A stretch of DNA of 64,000 nucleotides, from positions 67,446 to 131,445 of the IMG/VR virus record IMGVR_UViG_3300013125_000003; one strand, given 5' to 3'. Source of the stretch: a virus. Below, piece after piece: positions 47,381 through 57,195 of the stretch. The position numbers were made by a program, and so were the translations under genes. Position 1 is the stretch's first letter. Each line of letters begins with the position of its first letter. The notes beneath the pieces were generated by a model. The model was not told the origin of the DNA, did no database searches, and worked only from the letters and a program-made list of their open reading frames with translations.

Positions 47381-50322
47381 TGGCGGTCAACATCAACCTA
47401 AAAGAGATATTCTCAGCTGATAACCAAGCGGATTTGGCCAATAAGCTAAATTTTAACTTCAATCAGCTGATAGCCCTTGGTGTTGGAGATAAAGGCGATA
47501 AGGGCGATAAGGGCGACGCTGGTGGTCCAGGTCCAAGAGGACCTAGAGGGTACACCGGTGCTGACGGTACCATAATTTGGTCAGAAGCAGGAACGACCTT
47601 TATCGATCTAACTACTTCTTCTCCTACTGATTCAAAAATCGGTGATTACTACGTAGGCAAGGTTGAAATTGGGCCAGCTTCATACAATGGAATATACAAG
47701 AAAGAATCCGAAGGTACCGTATGGACAGTAATAACGGATTTCAGCGAAGTTTTCAGAGAAGCTCTCAACGAAAGCGGCGGAGAACTGTTTCCGTGGAGAG
47801 TTGGTGTAAACACGCAGACGCCACCGGCTAGAATAATCATTCCTATCAACAGTTCTGAAGGCATTGACCGAATAACAGTTTCGTACCTTTCAAAACCTGG
47901 AGATTACTGGGAAACGTACCCACCTAACTGGAAATTAAACACGGCGTCTGTTCAGAATTCGCAGGGGCTAATCTTCAACTTCGATACTGCAACTGCCAAG
48001 AAGATAATATCGAACGGTTCACCTGACTCAAACGGTTACTTAGTAAAGGTAACAGACGATAGATTAGGATCAGATGTTTCGTTGCTGAACGAAGCGTTCC
48101 CGTACACAGCTCTACTCTCTCTGTACTCATTCTACGATAAGGTTAACGCAGCTACACACCCAGATCAATTCGTTTCGAGCACCGGTTACCGCCACCAATT
48201 GGAACTAGGATCGGTTGATGATATTGCGGAAGCATTGCACACGACAGACTCAGATGCAAAGTACGTGGTAAGCCCAACGTACCAGAACTTAAGAGTTAGA
48301 AAGTACAGGCTGAACGCAGCAGATCTTCCTGGCGAAAGCGTAATTCTCACAGATTTCGTTCTAAGTTCGCTTGACGATGAAACTGAACCTGCGCTTAACT
48401 CAAAATTCGAATGGACTATAAATAAGAAAGCTGCCGCTGCTAAAGATTCAAACTCGGTTCTTCACCTAGCCCTATCTAGCAGCACACTAGAAGGAAGTTC
48501 AGCAGCAGTTGGAACGACCGCTCTCGCGATCGACGGTTTACACTTCAAGAAAGTAGAGCCAACTGATACTTACAAGGTAGCTTTAGGTTTTGATCCATAT
48601 TCTTCAAACAAGTTCGGATTTAGAGCAGAATCCAAAATTACGACCTTCCTGTTCGATGAGTTAGCTATTCTATCAAGAGGAACGTCAACACAAGTTGAAC
48701 TTAATCCTCAGGGTATTAAAGGCCTATCAGATTCCGACGTTGGAATTTACGCAAGCGATACAGCAAAGGAGGTAAAGATCGGATCAAGCGATTCGAACGT
48801 TGCTTTAAAGATCAAAGGTTCGCGGTTGAGTAGTGCAGTTCCTTTTCCAGTTTCAACTGGAGCATTACCTACCGTTAACAGCGCAGACCTGAACACTTTA
48901 GACGAATACCAGGAAGGAACGTTCACTCCTGACGTCTACTTTGGAACCATGCCAACTCCTGCAGCAAATGTCATAACTGGAGGAGTTACCCAACCTACTA
49001 TTTCCGAAAAAACAGGCGTGTTCGTTAAAGTCGGAAAGATCGTATCGTTCACCATTAAATTTAAGATTAGCAATTGGACGATCGTCGAAACTGCAGGAAG
49101 AAAATCTCCGCCGTATTACGAATTACCGCACATTAGCGGAGAAACTATAGGAGTTCTGTCTGATGTGAACAATGAATGGATAGGCATGCAGCATGCAACC
49201 GGAAACGAAATCCACCAAATTTCGATAAGAGATTTGGGAATATTCGATCACTGGCCAGTATCTAGCGTTTCGGAAAATGCTAAGTTCAACGTTTCAATAT
49301 CTCCATCGATAAGCACAGGCTTTGGATTGAGACAGTTTTCAATGTTTTACTCGTGGAGAGAAGGCGGAAATATAGTAGACACAACTTACGATTGGATGCC
49401 AATTGGCGCAGGAACACCGTACGCAAAATTCAAGACTTACACAGATACGATAACGAAACCTGAACTAGCTCTGTACGGTCACCGTAACAGTTATTCAACT
49501 CCTGGTGTATGCGCAATTGAGTCAAACTTATCAGTTTACGATTTTTTGAATTACGTTCACCCAACTGATCCAATTAACGGAAACACAACAGAAATTACAG
49601 TTAGTGGAACTTACATAACTGACCACCAGACAGCCAACGATGCTCACCCGGTTGGCGTGACAACGACCACTACTACAGCTGGTCCTACCACGACAACAAC
49701 TAGCACAACCTCGACTCCGACGACTACGACAACGACTACTGGAACACCTACTACAACGACCACTACTACTAGTCCAGCAACGACTACCACGACTAGCACA
49801 ACGGCCGCTCCAGCATACGGTCCAGAATTGTTGGTCAACTCGGATTCGCCTAACGATCCATTCTCAACTGACTGGAACGACGATAACGCTCCGTACGGTT
49901 TAGGAGACTATTGGCAAGCAGCTTCTACTCTCTACCAGACTTATTCCATAATCAATGGACTCTCTTCAGGTTTCAACAAGTTTGTTCAGAAAGCGGTTCG
50001 TCAAGTAGGTAGAGGCGGTGCAATCGGAATCGGTTCTAACAACATTTCTCTGCCGGCAACTTCGTACAATTACGAGCTTACTTTGAAGTACAGGTCGTCT
50101 CACCAGCTGATCATAAACAAGCACACGTTCTCAGCAGGTACGTACGAAACGGTTGGAACGCTTCCGGCTAACACCGGCGGCATAGCAACGTCCGGAACGT
50201 TAACGTTCAACGGAAACGGAACGCCGTTCATATTCCTATCGTTCTACATGGATGATGATAAGAACACTGGACCGACCGTTTGGATGGAAATCGACCAGAT
50301 CAGCTTGCGCAGAAAGTACTAA
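47380..50322 (+). CDS. Tail fibre-like protein with short collagen segment and mucin-like Thr tract
   Basis: N-terminal KLNFNFNQL, GDKGDKGDKGDAGGPGPRGPRG, the fibre motif TLDEYQEGTFTP, a PTTTTT tract and a C-terminal beta-sandwich-like domain. Confidence 0.78.
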   Translation: MAVNINLKEIFSADNQADLANKLNFNFNQLIALGVGDKGDKGDKGDAGGPGPRGPRGYTGADGTIIWSEAGTTFIDLTTSSPTDSKIGDYYVGKVEIGPASYNGIYKKESEGTVWTVITDFSEVFREALNESGGELFPWRVGVNTQTPPARIIIPINSSEGIDRITVSYLSKPGDYWETYPPNWKLNTASVQNSQGLIFNFDTATAKKIISNGSPDSNGYLVKVTDDRLGSDVSLLNEAFPYTALLSLYSFYDKVNAATHPDQFVSSTGYRHQLELGSVDDIAEALHTTDSDAKYVVSPTYQNLRVRKYRLNAADLPGESVILTDFVLSSLDDETEPALNSKFEWTINKKAAAAKDSNSVLHLALSSSTLEGSSAAVGTTALAIDGLHFKKVEPTDTYKVALGFDPYSSNKFGFRAESKITTFLFDELAILSRGTSTQVELNPQGIKGLSDSDVGIYASDTAKEVKIGSSDSNVALKIKGSRLSSAVPFPVSTGALPTVNSADLNTLDEYQEGTFTPDVYFGTMPTPAANVITGGVTQPTISEKTGVFVKVGKIVSFTIKFKISNWTIVETAGRKSPPYYELPHISGETIGVLSDVNNEWIGMQHATGNEIHQISIRDLGIFDHWPVSSVSENAKFNVSISPSISTGFGLRQFSMFYSWREGGNIVDTTYDWMPIGAGTPYAKFKTYTDTITKPELALYGHRNSYSTPGVCAIESNLSVYDFLNYVHPTDPINGNTTEITVSGTYITDHQTANDAHPVGVTTTTTTAGPTTTTTSTTSTPTTTTTTTGTPTTTTTTTSPATTTTTSTTAAPAYGPELLVNSDSPNDPFSTDWNDDNAPYGLGDYWQAASTLYQTYSIINGLSSGFNKFVQKAVRQVGRGGAIGIGSNNISLPATSYNYELTLKYRSSHQLIINKHTFSAGTYETVGTLPANTGGIATSGTLTFNGNGTPFIFLSFYMDDDKNTGPTVWMEIDQISLRRKY
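49658..49803 (+). repeat. Mucin-like Pro/Thr tract
   Basis: VTTTTTTAGPTTTTTSTTSTPTTTTTTTGTPTTTTTTTSPATTTTTSTT. Confidence 0.9.
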
Positions 50323-50352
50323 GGTTTGATTACCTTATTCGACCGAGCCTAC

Positions 50353-50361
50353 TATAAATAA
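50353..50361 (+). promoter_or_regulatory. T4-late promoter consensus
   Basis: Exact TATAAATA(A), 16 nt before the ATG. Confidence 0.75.
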
Positions 50362-50377
50362 CAAAAAAGTAGGTTCA

Positions 50378-52471
50378 ATGCAGAGAGTCACTTACAAGAT
50401 CACGCCAGACCCAGCAAAAAATTCAGTTGGGTACAGCAAGAATTACCGAATTTTTACAACAGGAGAGCCTGTCAAAAAAGCTCTTAGAGTGATTCAGCCC
50501 AATGGTTACAAGGAAGAATTGGACCTAGGAAGTGCGGTTGAGGCAAACATCATCAGAAAATTTAGGTACTCAACCGACCGAGCAAACTGGTCTCTATGGT
50601 ACTCTTTCAGCCCAGCTGACCTATCAGAACTGTATTCGTTAGAATTCAACGAAGAAAGCATTTTCTTTGAGATAAAGTTCGAGTACGATGATGGAACTTA
50701 CGACCAACTCACGGAACCTTTGAAAGTTGAATGGGTGAAGATCTTTCTGGCTACTGCGCAGAACCAAGGTGAGGATTACAACCCGCCAGTCCAGTGTTCT
50801 GATGAAAAGTGTCCGATGATCGTTGCGGAAAACCAAGCTCTATTCAAACCATACGAAGCTTTTACAGCTATCCAGATAGCTAAGGAACTTAGCTTACAGA
50901 CCAACAAGATTTACGGTCACGATGTAGTTTACTTCAAAACTGAACCAGATAGGGATTCAGCTGACTTCGTGTTCAAGGAATGGACCCTTTTCAAAACGAC
51001 AAACCGCCGGTGCATAAAGGTGATGGTTCCAGAAAACAAATTTCCGGATAACAAACCGATCTTTCAAGAGTTTGGAGTCGATTTTGACGTTCCGTTCGAG
51101 ATACACATCGATAACGTGTACTTTCAGCAGATGTTCGGAAGAAACGCTCAACCTAGGAAGAGAGATTACTTATACTTTCCTCTCCTGAACAGAATGTACG
51201 AGATCCAAGGATCGTACCTTTACCGAGGGTTCATGATGGAACCTATGTATTGGAAGATTCAGCTCACTAAGTTCCACCCAAACATTGACATGTACATGAA
51301 AGCCGAGGACCGTCAGTTCTTGGACAACCTCATCGTGTCGACCGACCAGCTCATGGGAAACGAAGCTGCTTCGCAGATGCTAGATGCTCTGGATCCGCAG
51401 CAGACAAAGACGATCTCCACGCACCAGGATGAAACTCGAAGAAACATGCACCAGGATCTAAAAGTAAAGCTTTTAGGGCTGACCTATAACTACTCTCCGC
51501 TAATAGAGTACTACTATGACATGAATTCGGTCGCGCCAAGGATAGTGAAATACAAGATGGAAACTTTCGGAAGCCCAAACGAAAAGAAAACGCAGGACGT
51601 TACTCCGGCCAGCCCATCAAGTTCGATCGAAATCTATGCTTACGAAGATAGTGATATATTTGGAGCATGGAGAGCTAGAGAAATTTCAACTGGCGATTCT
51701 AACACAAAGGCTGGAAGTTCTGCTGTGAAGATCAAGATGAACGGGCCTAAGGATTCTTACTCAGCGTTCGGAAAGTACGTAGTTGTGGAAGGTTATCAAA
51801 ACTTAGGTCTAAAATCAACCGAGAGAAAGAACATTCAGACAACTGCCAGCGAAGCGGAATTTGTAATAAAGGAAAATGCTGTCATCTACAAGAAAGCTGC
51901 TTCAACCGTTGAAACACCTAGCACAACTTATTGCTCGTTAGTCAGGTTTAATGCCGTGACACAAGACATCGTCTTCTTTCAGGGGTATGATGATTATTTA
52001 AAGAAAGGTATCCGCATCACTGGGACCATCTCTGAGGTTTCTCAAGTGCCCAACTTAACTATCAGAATAGTCATTAACGATATTAATCCGTACGAATTTT
52101 CAGTAGGTCCAGTAGAGTACGGAAAGTGGTACGCTCTGATCGTTCCGTTCTCAGCTCAGTACGGCCAACTTCAAGTTTCGGTGTACTCTTTAAGGCAGGA
52201 TCCAGCGAACGTTAAAAATTTCGACGGAGTGACCAGGTTGTTTAACGATTACCGCAAAATCGGGCAGTTTGAGTACGAAACGACCGCGAATTACTGTTTG
52301 CCAAGCGCAAACTATTCAGTTGCTAATGTCAGGCTGTTCAGCACGATGGTTCAGGATGAGGATCACGAGTTCGTGATAAGCCAGCTGTTCCTGCGAGACG
52401 AATCGACCATTTCGATAATCGACAATGCACGGCCGAGATTGAACGCTCCGTTTGTAGCTATAAACCGGTAA
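50378..52471 (+). CDS. Neck/head-completion protein (T4 gp14-like core) with extra domains
   Basis: YGHDVVYF, FGVDFD and PRKRDYLYFPLLNRMYEI resemble the gp14 pattern; the C-terminus is LamG-like. Confidence 0.65.
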   Translation: MQRVTYKITPDPAKNSVGYSKNYRIFTTGEPVKKALRVIQPNGYKEELDLGSAVEANIIRKFRYSTDRANWSLWYSFSPADLSELYSLEFNEESIFFEIKFEYDDGTYDQLTEPLKVEWVKIFLATAQNQGEDYNPPVQCSDEKCPMIVAENQALFKPYEAFTAIQIAKELSLQTNKIYGHDVVYFKTEPDRDSADFVFKEWTLFKTTNRRCIKVMVPENKFPDNKPIFQEFGVDFDVPFEIHIDNVYFQQMFGRNAQPRKRDYLYFPLLNRMYEIQGSYLYRGFMMEPMYWKIQLTKFHPNIDMYMKAEDRQFLDNLIVSTDQLMGNEAASQMLDALDPQQTKTISTHQDETRRNMHQDLKVKLLGLTYNYSPLIEYYYDMNSVAPRIVKYKMETFGSPNEKKTQDVTPASPSSSIEIYAYEDSDIFGAWRAREISTGDSNTKAGSSAVKIKMNGPKDSYSAFGKYVVVEGYQNLGLKSTERKNIQTTASEAEFVIKENAVIYKKAASTVETPSTTYCSLVRFNAVTQDIVFFQGYDDYLKKGIRITGTISEVSQVPNLTIRIVINDINPYEFSVGPVEYGKWYALIVPFSAQYGQLQVSVYSLRQDPANVKNFDGVTRLFNDYRKIGQFEYETTANYCLPSANYSVANVRLFSTMVQDEDHEFVISQLFLRDESTISIIDNARPRLNAPFVAINR

Positions 52472-52478
52472 ACTTTGA

Positions 52479-52487
52479 AATAAATAA
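52479..52487 (+). promoter_or_regulatory. T4-late-like promoter (near-leaderless)
   Basis: AATAAATAA 5 nt before ATG 52493. Confidence 0.5.
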
Positions 52488-52492
52488 CCTGT

Positions 52493-52816
52493 ATGAAAGA
52501 CAAGATATTAAAATGGCTCTACGATAATTACGTTGGAGTTAGAAACAGTTCAGTAAAACTCCCGACTTTCAGCCTTAAGTGGCCCTTTGTCAGGATAAAA
52601 AAGTTTTACGGTTCACGAGTAAAGGCAGCTAGGATAATGTTTCCATTCTTCTTAGCTTGGGGTTCGTACAAAATGTTTCAATCGGTTTCTACCGGAGAGG
52701 TGTACTGGAGTTGGTGGGTAGACCTACCGTTCATGATTCTTTTAGCCATACAGTACGTTGCAAGTTTCACCAACATCGTGAAGAACCTTTACGAGAAAAA
52801 TAATACCAACCAGTAA
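52493..52816 (+). CDS. Small membrane protein
   Basis: Basic N-terminus and two hydrophobic segments (IMFPFFLAWGS; WWVDLPFMILLAIQYVA). Confidence 0.65.
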   Translation: MKDKILKWLYDNYVGVRNSSVKLPTFSLKWPFVRIKKFYGSRVKAARIMFPFFLAWGSYKMFQSVSTGEVYWSWWVDLPFMILLAIQYVASFTNIVKNLYEKNNTNQ

Positions 52817-52817
52817 A

Positions 52818-54167
52818 GTGTACAAGGACATAAACAAGAAGAAACTGTTCGATAACGTTGATCTGGGATTCGAATTCGAGTTCTTTTCCCCTCTTTCAAG
52901 AAAGGAACTTTCAGAAAAATTGGCAAAAGTTCTAGGAAAGACCGTAAATTGGACCAATCGATACCACGGAAAGACACCGGTTCTCCCGAACACATTTAAG
53001 TTGGAACCAGACTATTCAGGAGGGATGAAGACCAACGAACTCATAACCGGCGTGATGCCGTACAACGAAGCAATTCACGTGATGCTGAAAGTTTTTAACT
53101 TCATCAACGAGAACGGGTTCACGAACGAGCGTACTGGGCTTCACATCAACATATCGTTCAAGGAAAATGAGCTGGACTTAAAGGAAAAGCTTCAAAATTT
53201 GAACGTTTTCAAGTACATCTTGAACTTGGATGAGGGAAAGATATTCGACTTGTGGCCATCTGCAAAATCAAGGATTCAGAAGATCTATAAGAACTCTGTC
53301 CTTAACATTTACCCGAAGAATAAGTTCATCGCCGAGACTAGCATAGAGTACGCTAACCCAGCAAGTCCTATGGATTTTAACTTACCATACTCAAAGTACT
53401 TCGGTTTGAACTTTACCAAGCTTCCAAACAATTACTTGGAAGTTAGGTACGCAGGAGGAAAGGATTACGAGAAGAAAAAGAAGGAAGCGGTAGAGTTGAT
53501 TAACTACATGGCCGAGAGCCTTTACGAAACTTTACTTAACAACAATGCCTACACGGTAAACGAGAGAAGAAAGATCAGCGATTTCATGAAAAATCGCAAG
53601 GACATCGTTCTGTCGGTAAAAACGTACGAGAATTTCGTTCGTTCTTTTCCTAACATTCACCTAATGATTGACTTAAGGGATGACCCTAGGATAGTTGAGT
53701 CGAATTATTCGAACTTGAAGGAAGCTCTGTTCGACCTGATAACTACTGGAAACTTAGAATCTGGCCTGATCAATTACGACACCGTTGAAAAGCGGGTCCA
53801 AGTTAGAGATGCCAATTTGAAGGAATGCTTTTCCATTTCAAATTTAGACCTTGTCAACTGCTTTGTTGAGGGAGAGATCTCAAAATGTAAGCTTTATGAG
53901 TGCAAGATTAGATCGTCGAGAATCCTCGATTCGGTCTTTTTGGACAAGAACGACATTCGTTACTCTTACCTGAAGGAATGCTCTTTTCACAGAGGTGGAG
54001 AGAACAAGGTCGAACTCACCTTCATCAAGAGTAAACCTGAACACCCAATTTACGCAGAACTAAAAGAGTGCATAGTACGTTCAGGAACAGTAGGTTTGGA
54101 CTCGAAAGTCGACTCCAAAACAGAATTCATCGAAAACTTAACGGTGGTCGGAGAATCGGAAAAATAA
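52818..54167 (+). CDS. Putative amidoligase (COOH-NH2 ligase fold) with C-terminal beta-helix-like region
   Basis: LGFEFEF, EPDYS, ELIT, TGLHINIS, KYFGLN and LEVRY motifs. Confidence 0.8.
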   Translation: MYKDINKKKLFDNVDLGFEFEFFSPLSRKELSEKLAKVLGKTVNWTNRYHGKTPVLPNTFKLEPDYSGGMKTNELITGVMPYNEAIHVMLKVFNFINENGFTNERTGLHINISFKENELDLKEKLQNLNVFKYILNLDEGKIFDLWPSAKSRIQKIYKNSVLNIYPKNKFIAETSIEYANPASPMDFNLPYSKYFGLNFTKLPNNYLEVRYAGGKDYEKKKKEAVELINYMAESLYETLLNNNAYTVNERRKISDFMKNRKDIVLSVKTYENFVRSFPNIHLMIDLRDDPRIVESNYSNLKEALFDLITTGNLESGLINYDTVEKRVQVRDANLKECFSISNLDLVNCFVEGEISKCKLYECKIRSSRILDSVFLDKNDIRYSYLKECSFHRGGENKVELTFIKSKPEHPIYAELKECIVRSGTVGLDSKVDSKTEFIENLTVVGESEK

Positions 54168-54176
54168 GAGACTAAA

Positions 54177-56141
54177 ATGTCAGTAGAGGTAAAACTCACT
54201 TCGGTAAAACCGTTAAGCAACACCAGCACTACGTCGATCGTTGAGATCTCGAACTTTAACTTTCGAACTCTTACTTCTGCGATAAAGGAATTTCTATCTT
54301 CAGTAAATTACGAGCAGAACGATTCGGAAGTAACAGTTGACATAAGCAACGTGGATGCTAATTGGGTAACGGTTCGCCACGGCTTAAAAGTTTACGGAGC
54401 TGAGCAGATAGACTGGGAATACCCAGTAGTTGCTCAGATGTACCCTAACGGTTCGGTTACAGCTAAGAATTTCATAGCTGAGGACGTTACTGACACTCTA
54501 CGATTGAGATTACGAGTTTACGGGTTGCTCCCAACGACCGGAATTCCTGGGGAGATGGTGTACATCGAGGCACAGGACGGAAAGGTAGAAGGAGTGTACG
54601 TTTGGCTAAACTCAACCGGCTGGACTCTTTTGGCCGGCACCGGTGGAACTAGCGGAGTTCAACCGTGCATGCAAGAAGTAATAATGCACGCAGTGGCAGA
54701 CGTTATTCCATCAGGAACTGCGCCTATCTCACAAGGAATATTTTTGATCCCTGCGCCTCTTCACTCCAGCAACATGCTGCTCTTCATAAACGGATTGCAG
54801 ACTCTGGTGGGAGACGGTCACAAGCTTCTCCCAGCTTACTTTAGTAAGGACAGCGGTGTTACTGCCTCTGCTCTAAGAGACGTTGACGCGACTGACCAAC
54901 TTTTCTTTAACACAACTATCGCAGGGTACACCTTGAACAACATTGACACGGTGACTCTCCACTATTTCAGCGCAGACCCATTCTGCTCACAGAACGGGTA
55001 CGTGTGTTCAACTGAAGTAACGACAGTAGATCCTTTAGAATTTTACATTTTTGGAATTTCGGTCGTCGGTACCGCTAGCGATATTGGGCCGATCACGATC
55101 TGTCGAATTCCAAACCCAACGTCTAGTTCAGGTTACGTTCTTCCTTCTGGGTACCTTCTTGAAAATAGCATATACTCGTACTCAATAACAGATCACAATT
55201 TCGTTTACGAAACCGGTGCGATCGTAAAGTTTACCTTGCCTGGTTCGATAACTGAGGATGAGTTCAACTTAGTAAAAATATTTAAAGAGGTCAGCGGAGT
55301 CTTAGTGGATAGCACAGTTACGGCCGGACCATACGCTCCAGATTACGCAAATCGTTGGATCTATGCAGACGTCCCAGAGTTCAGCCTATTTTACGTGGTC
55401 CAGGGAGTTCCTGTGACTACCGTACCTCCTACCACCACTACGACCACAACTACGGCAGTGTGTCCTCCTCACGCGATAAGCTTCTCAATACCGTATGGGC
55501 AGAACCCTACTCAAGCTTCGTTCTACGGGACTCCAGAGGGTCCACACTCAGTTACGTTCATCGATCAGCTTGGAGGAATTCACGATCTGACTGGGTTGTT
55601 GGGCGAAGACATTACCTTACCATGGACGTTCGATCTTTCAGCCGCGGAATTTGCAGAAGTTCCTACTGTGATTGGAGTTTACACATTTAGTTACGGTGTT
55701 AGTTGTGAATACGAAGTTGAGATACCTTTGTCTGCTATCGGAGATGTTACCACGACTACCACGACTATCGTGCCAACGACCACGACTACCACAACCGTTA
55801 CTCCGACTACTACGACCACCACCACTTCAGCTCCGACGACCACAACTACTACTCAACCAACGACAACGACCACAACTACTACGTACATAAGTTACTTAGT
55901 AGATTCGCCAGTTCAAGTAACCTTCTTCGGTTCTCCGGCTGGCCCGTTTGACGTTAAGTACACAGATCCTAGCCTTAACGAGTACGATTTGACCGCAATA
56001 TCAGGCTCTCAGAAAACGCTAAATTGGGTTTTCAACCGAACATTGCAAGCTTACGTGGACGCAGGAATAACCACCATTTCAGGAACTTACGAATTTAGCA
56101 TAGGCGGTGCCGTAATTCACACAGTTACTGTTTACCTCTAA
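54177..56141 (+). CDS. Virion/fibre-like protein with two Thr tracts and a duplicated C-terminal domain
   Basis: N-terminal ISNFNFRTL; Thr tracts at about 55415-55455 and 55745-55885; repeated F.G.P.GP..V...D......DLT module. Confidence 0.75.
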   Translation: MSVEVKLTSVKPLSNTSTTSIVEISNFNFRTLTSAIKEFLSSVNYEQNDSEVTVDISNVDANWVTVRHGLKVYGAEQIDWEYPVVAQMYPNGSVTAKNFIAEDVTDTLRLRLRVYGLLPTTGIPGEMVYIEAQDGKVEGVYVWLNSTGWTLLAGTGGTSGVQPCMQEVIMHAVADVIPSGTAPISQGIFLIPAPLHSSNMLLFINGLQTLVGDGHKLLPAYFSKDSGVTASALRDVDATDQLFFNTTIAGYTLNNIDTVTLHYFSADPFCSQNGYVCSTEVTTVDPLEFYIFGISVVGTASDIGPITICRIPNPTSSSGYVLPSGYLLENSIYSYSITDHNFVYETGAIVKFTLPGSITEDEFNLVKIFKEVSGVLVDSTVTAGPYAPDYANRWIYADVPEFSLFYVVQGVPVTTVPPTTTTTTTTAVCPPHAISFSIPYGQNPTQASFYGTPEGPHSVTFIDQLGGIHDLTGLLGEDITLPWTFDLSAAEFAEVPTVIGVYTFSYGVSCEYEVEIPLSAIGDVTTTTTTIVPTTTTTTTVTPTTTTTTTSAPTTTTTTQPTTTTTTTTYISYLVDSPVQVTFFGSPAGPFDVKYTDPSLNEYDLTAISGSQKTLNWVFNRTLQAYVDAGITTISGTYEFSIGGAVIHTVTVYL

Positions 56142-56144
56142 CCT

Positions 56145-56171
56145 AAACTGCTAAAGCTTTTAGAGTATAAT
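56145..56171 (+). promoter_or_regulatory. AAAC-N17-TATAAT promoter
   Basis: AAAC-tgctaaagcttttagag-TATAAT, 9 nt before ATG 56181. Confidence 0.75.
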
Positions 56172-56180
56172 TAGTCAGAG

Positions 56181-57137
56181 ATGTTAACCAAAAAAGTCGT
56201 ATTCATATCTGCTCAACCGGATGTGCCGTATTTTCACTGGCAAGTTGAGGTAATGATTCATAATTTCATGAAAGTTGGAATAAATCCTAACTGGATAGAA
56301 GTGATTTGGGCTATTTTTGGAAATCCATCTCCTGACCTTCTAAGTTTAGCTCAAAAATACCCGTGCGTTAGGTTTTTCTGGTACGATAGAACGGTAAAGG
56401 ATAATTTTGGCTACATTCCGATCCTGAGACCCGACATACTCGAACAGCATTTTTCCAAGTTTCCAAACCTAAGAGGAGAAGTCGTATTTTACCACGATTC
56501 CGACATCATCTTTAGAGAGCTTCCTGATTTCGATTCGATGCACGATGATTTATACTGGTACTTGAGTGATACTGTGTCATACATTGGAGCCGAGTACATA
56601 AAATCCAAGTCGGAAACACTTTTCAAGGAAATGTGTCAGATCGCAAAGGTATCTCCAGAATTAGTTGAACAGAATCAGAAAAATTCTGGCGGAGCTCAGC
56701 ACCTGATGAAGTGTCTTACCTCTTCTTACTGGAAAAGCGTTAAGGAAGATGCACTGGCTCTGTACAAGCACATGAACAACGCTGAAACCATGGAACGATC
56801 GTTTCTGACAGCAGAGCAGTTGAAATCGTACAATCCTATCCAAAAATGGTGTGCTGACATGTGGGCCGTTCTGTGGAACGGCTTAAAGATCGGAGCTCAA
56901 CCGAGAATATCCAAGGAACTCGATTTTAGCTGGGGAACTTCTCCCATACCAGATTACGAAAAGTGCAAGATAATGCACAATGCTGGAGTCACGTCCAGCG
57001 AGGGCGGTAAGCTATTTTACAAAGGGGATTTTATCAACAAAGATCCATTTACCGCTGATTTTTCCAACCTCGATAAAAATACTGCTTCCTACAAGTACGT
57101 AGAAGCCATTCTGTACGCAAAAGAACGCCGTATGTAA
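56181..57137 (+). CDS. GT-A glycosyltransferase resembling peptidyl-Ser/Hyp O-glycosyltransferases (GT96/GT95-like)
   Basis: PYFHWQVEVMIHNF, YIPILRP, YHDSDIIFR (DxD), WCADMWA and IMHNAG motifs. Confidence 0.7.
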   Translation: MLTKKVVFISAQPDVPYFHWQVEVMIHNFMKVGINPNWIEVIWAIFGNPSPDLLSLAQKYPCVRFFWYDRTVKDNFGYIPILRPDILEQHFSKFPNLRGEVVFYHDSDIIFRELPDFDSMHDDLYWYLSDTVSYIGAEYIKSKSETLFKEMCQIAKVSPELVEQNQKNSGGAQHLMKCLTSSYWKSVKEDALALYKHMNNAETMERSFLTAEQLKSYNPIQKWCADMWAVLWNGLKIGAQPRISKELDFSWGTSPIPDYEKCKIMHNAGVTSSEGGKLFYKGDFINKDPFTADFSNLDKNTASYKYVEAILYAKERRM

Positions 57138-57158
57138 TCTGTTTACTTGGTTTGGGCT

Positions 57159-57167
57159 GATAAATAA
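57159..57167 (+). promoter_or_regulatory. T4-late-like promoter
   Basis: GATAAATAA upstream of 57196 and 58116. Confidence 0.7.
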
Positions 57168-57195
57168 CTTTAGCAAAAAATGAAGTTAGGCCTAA

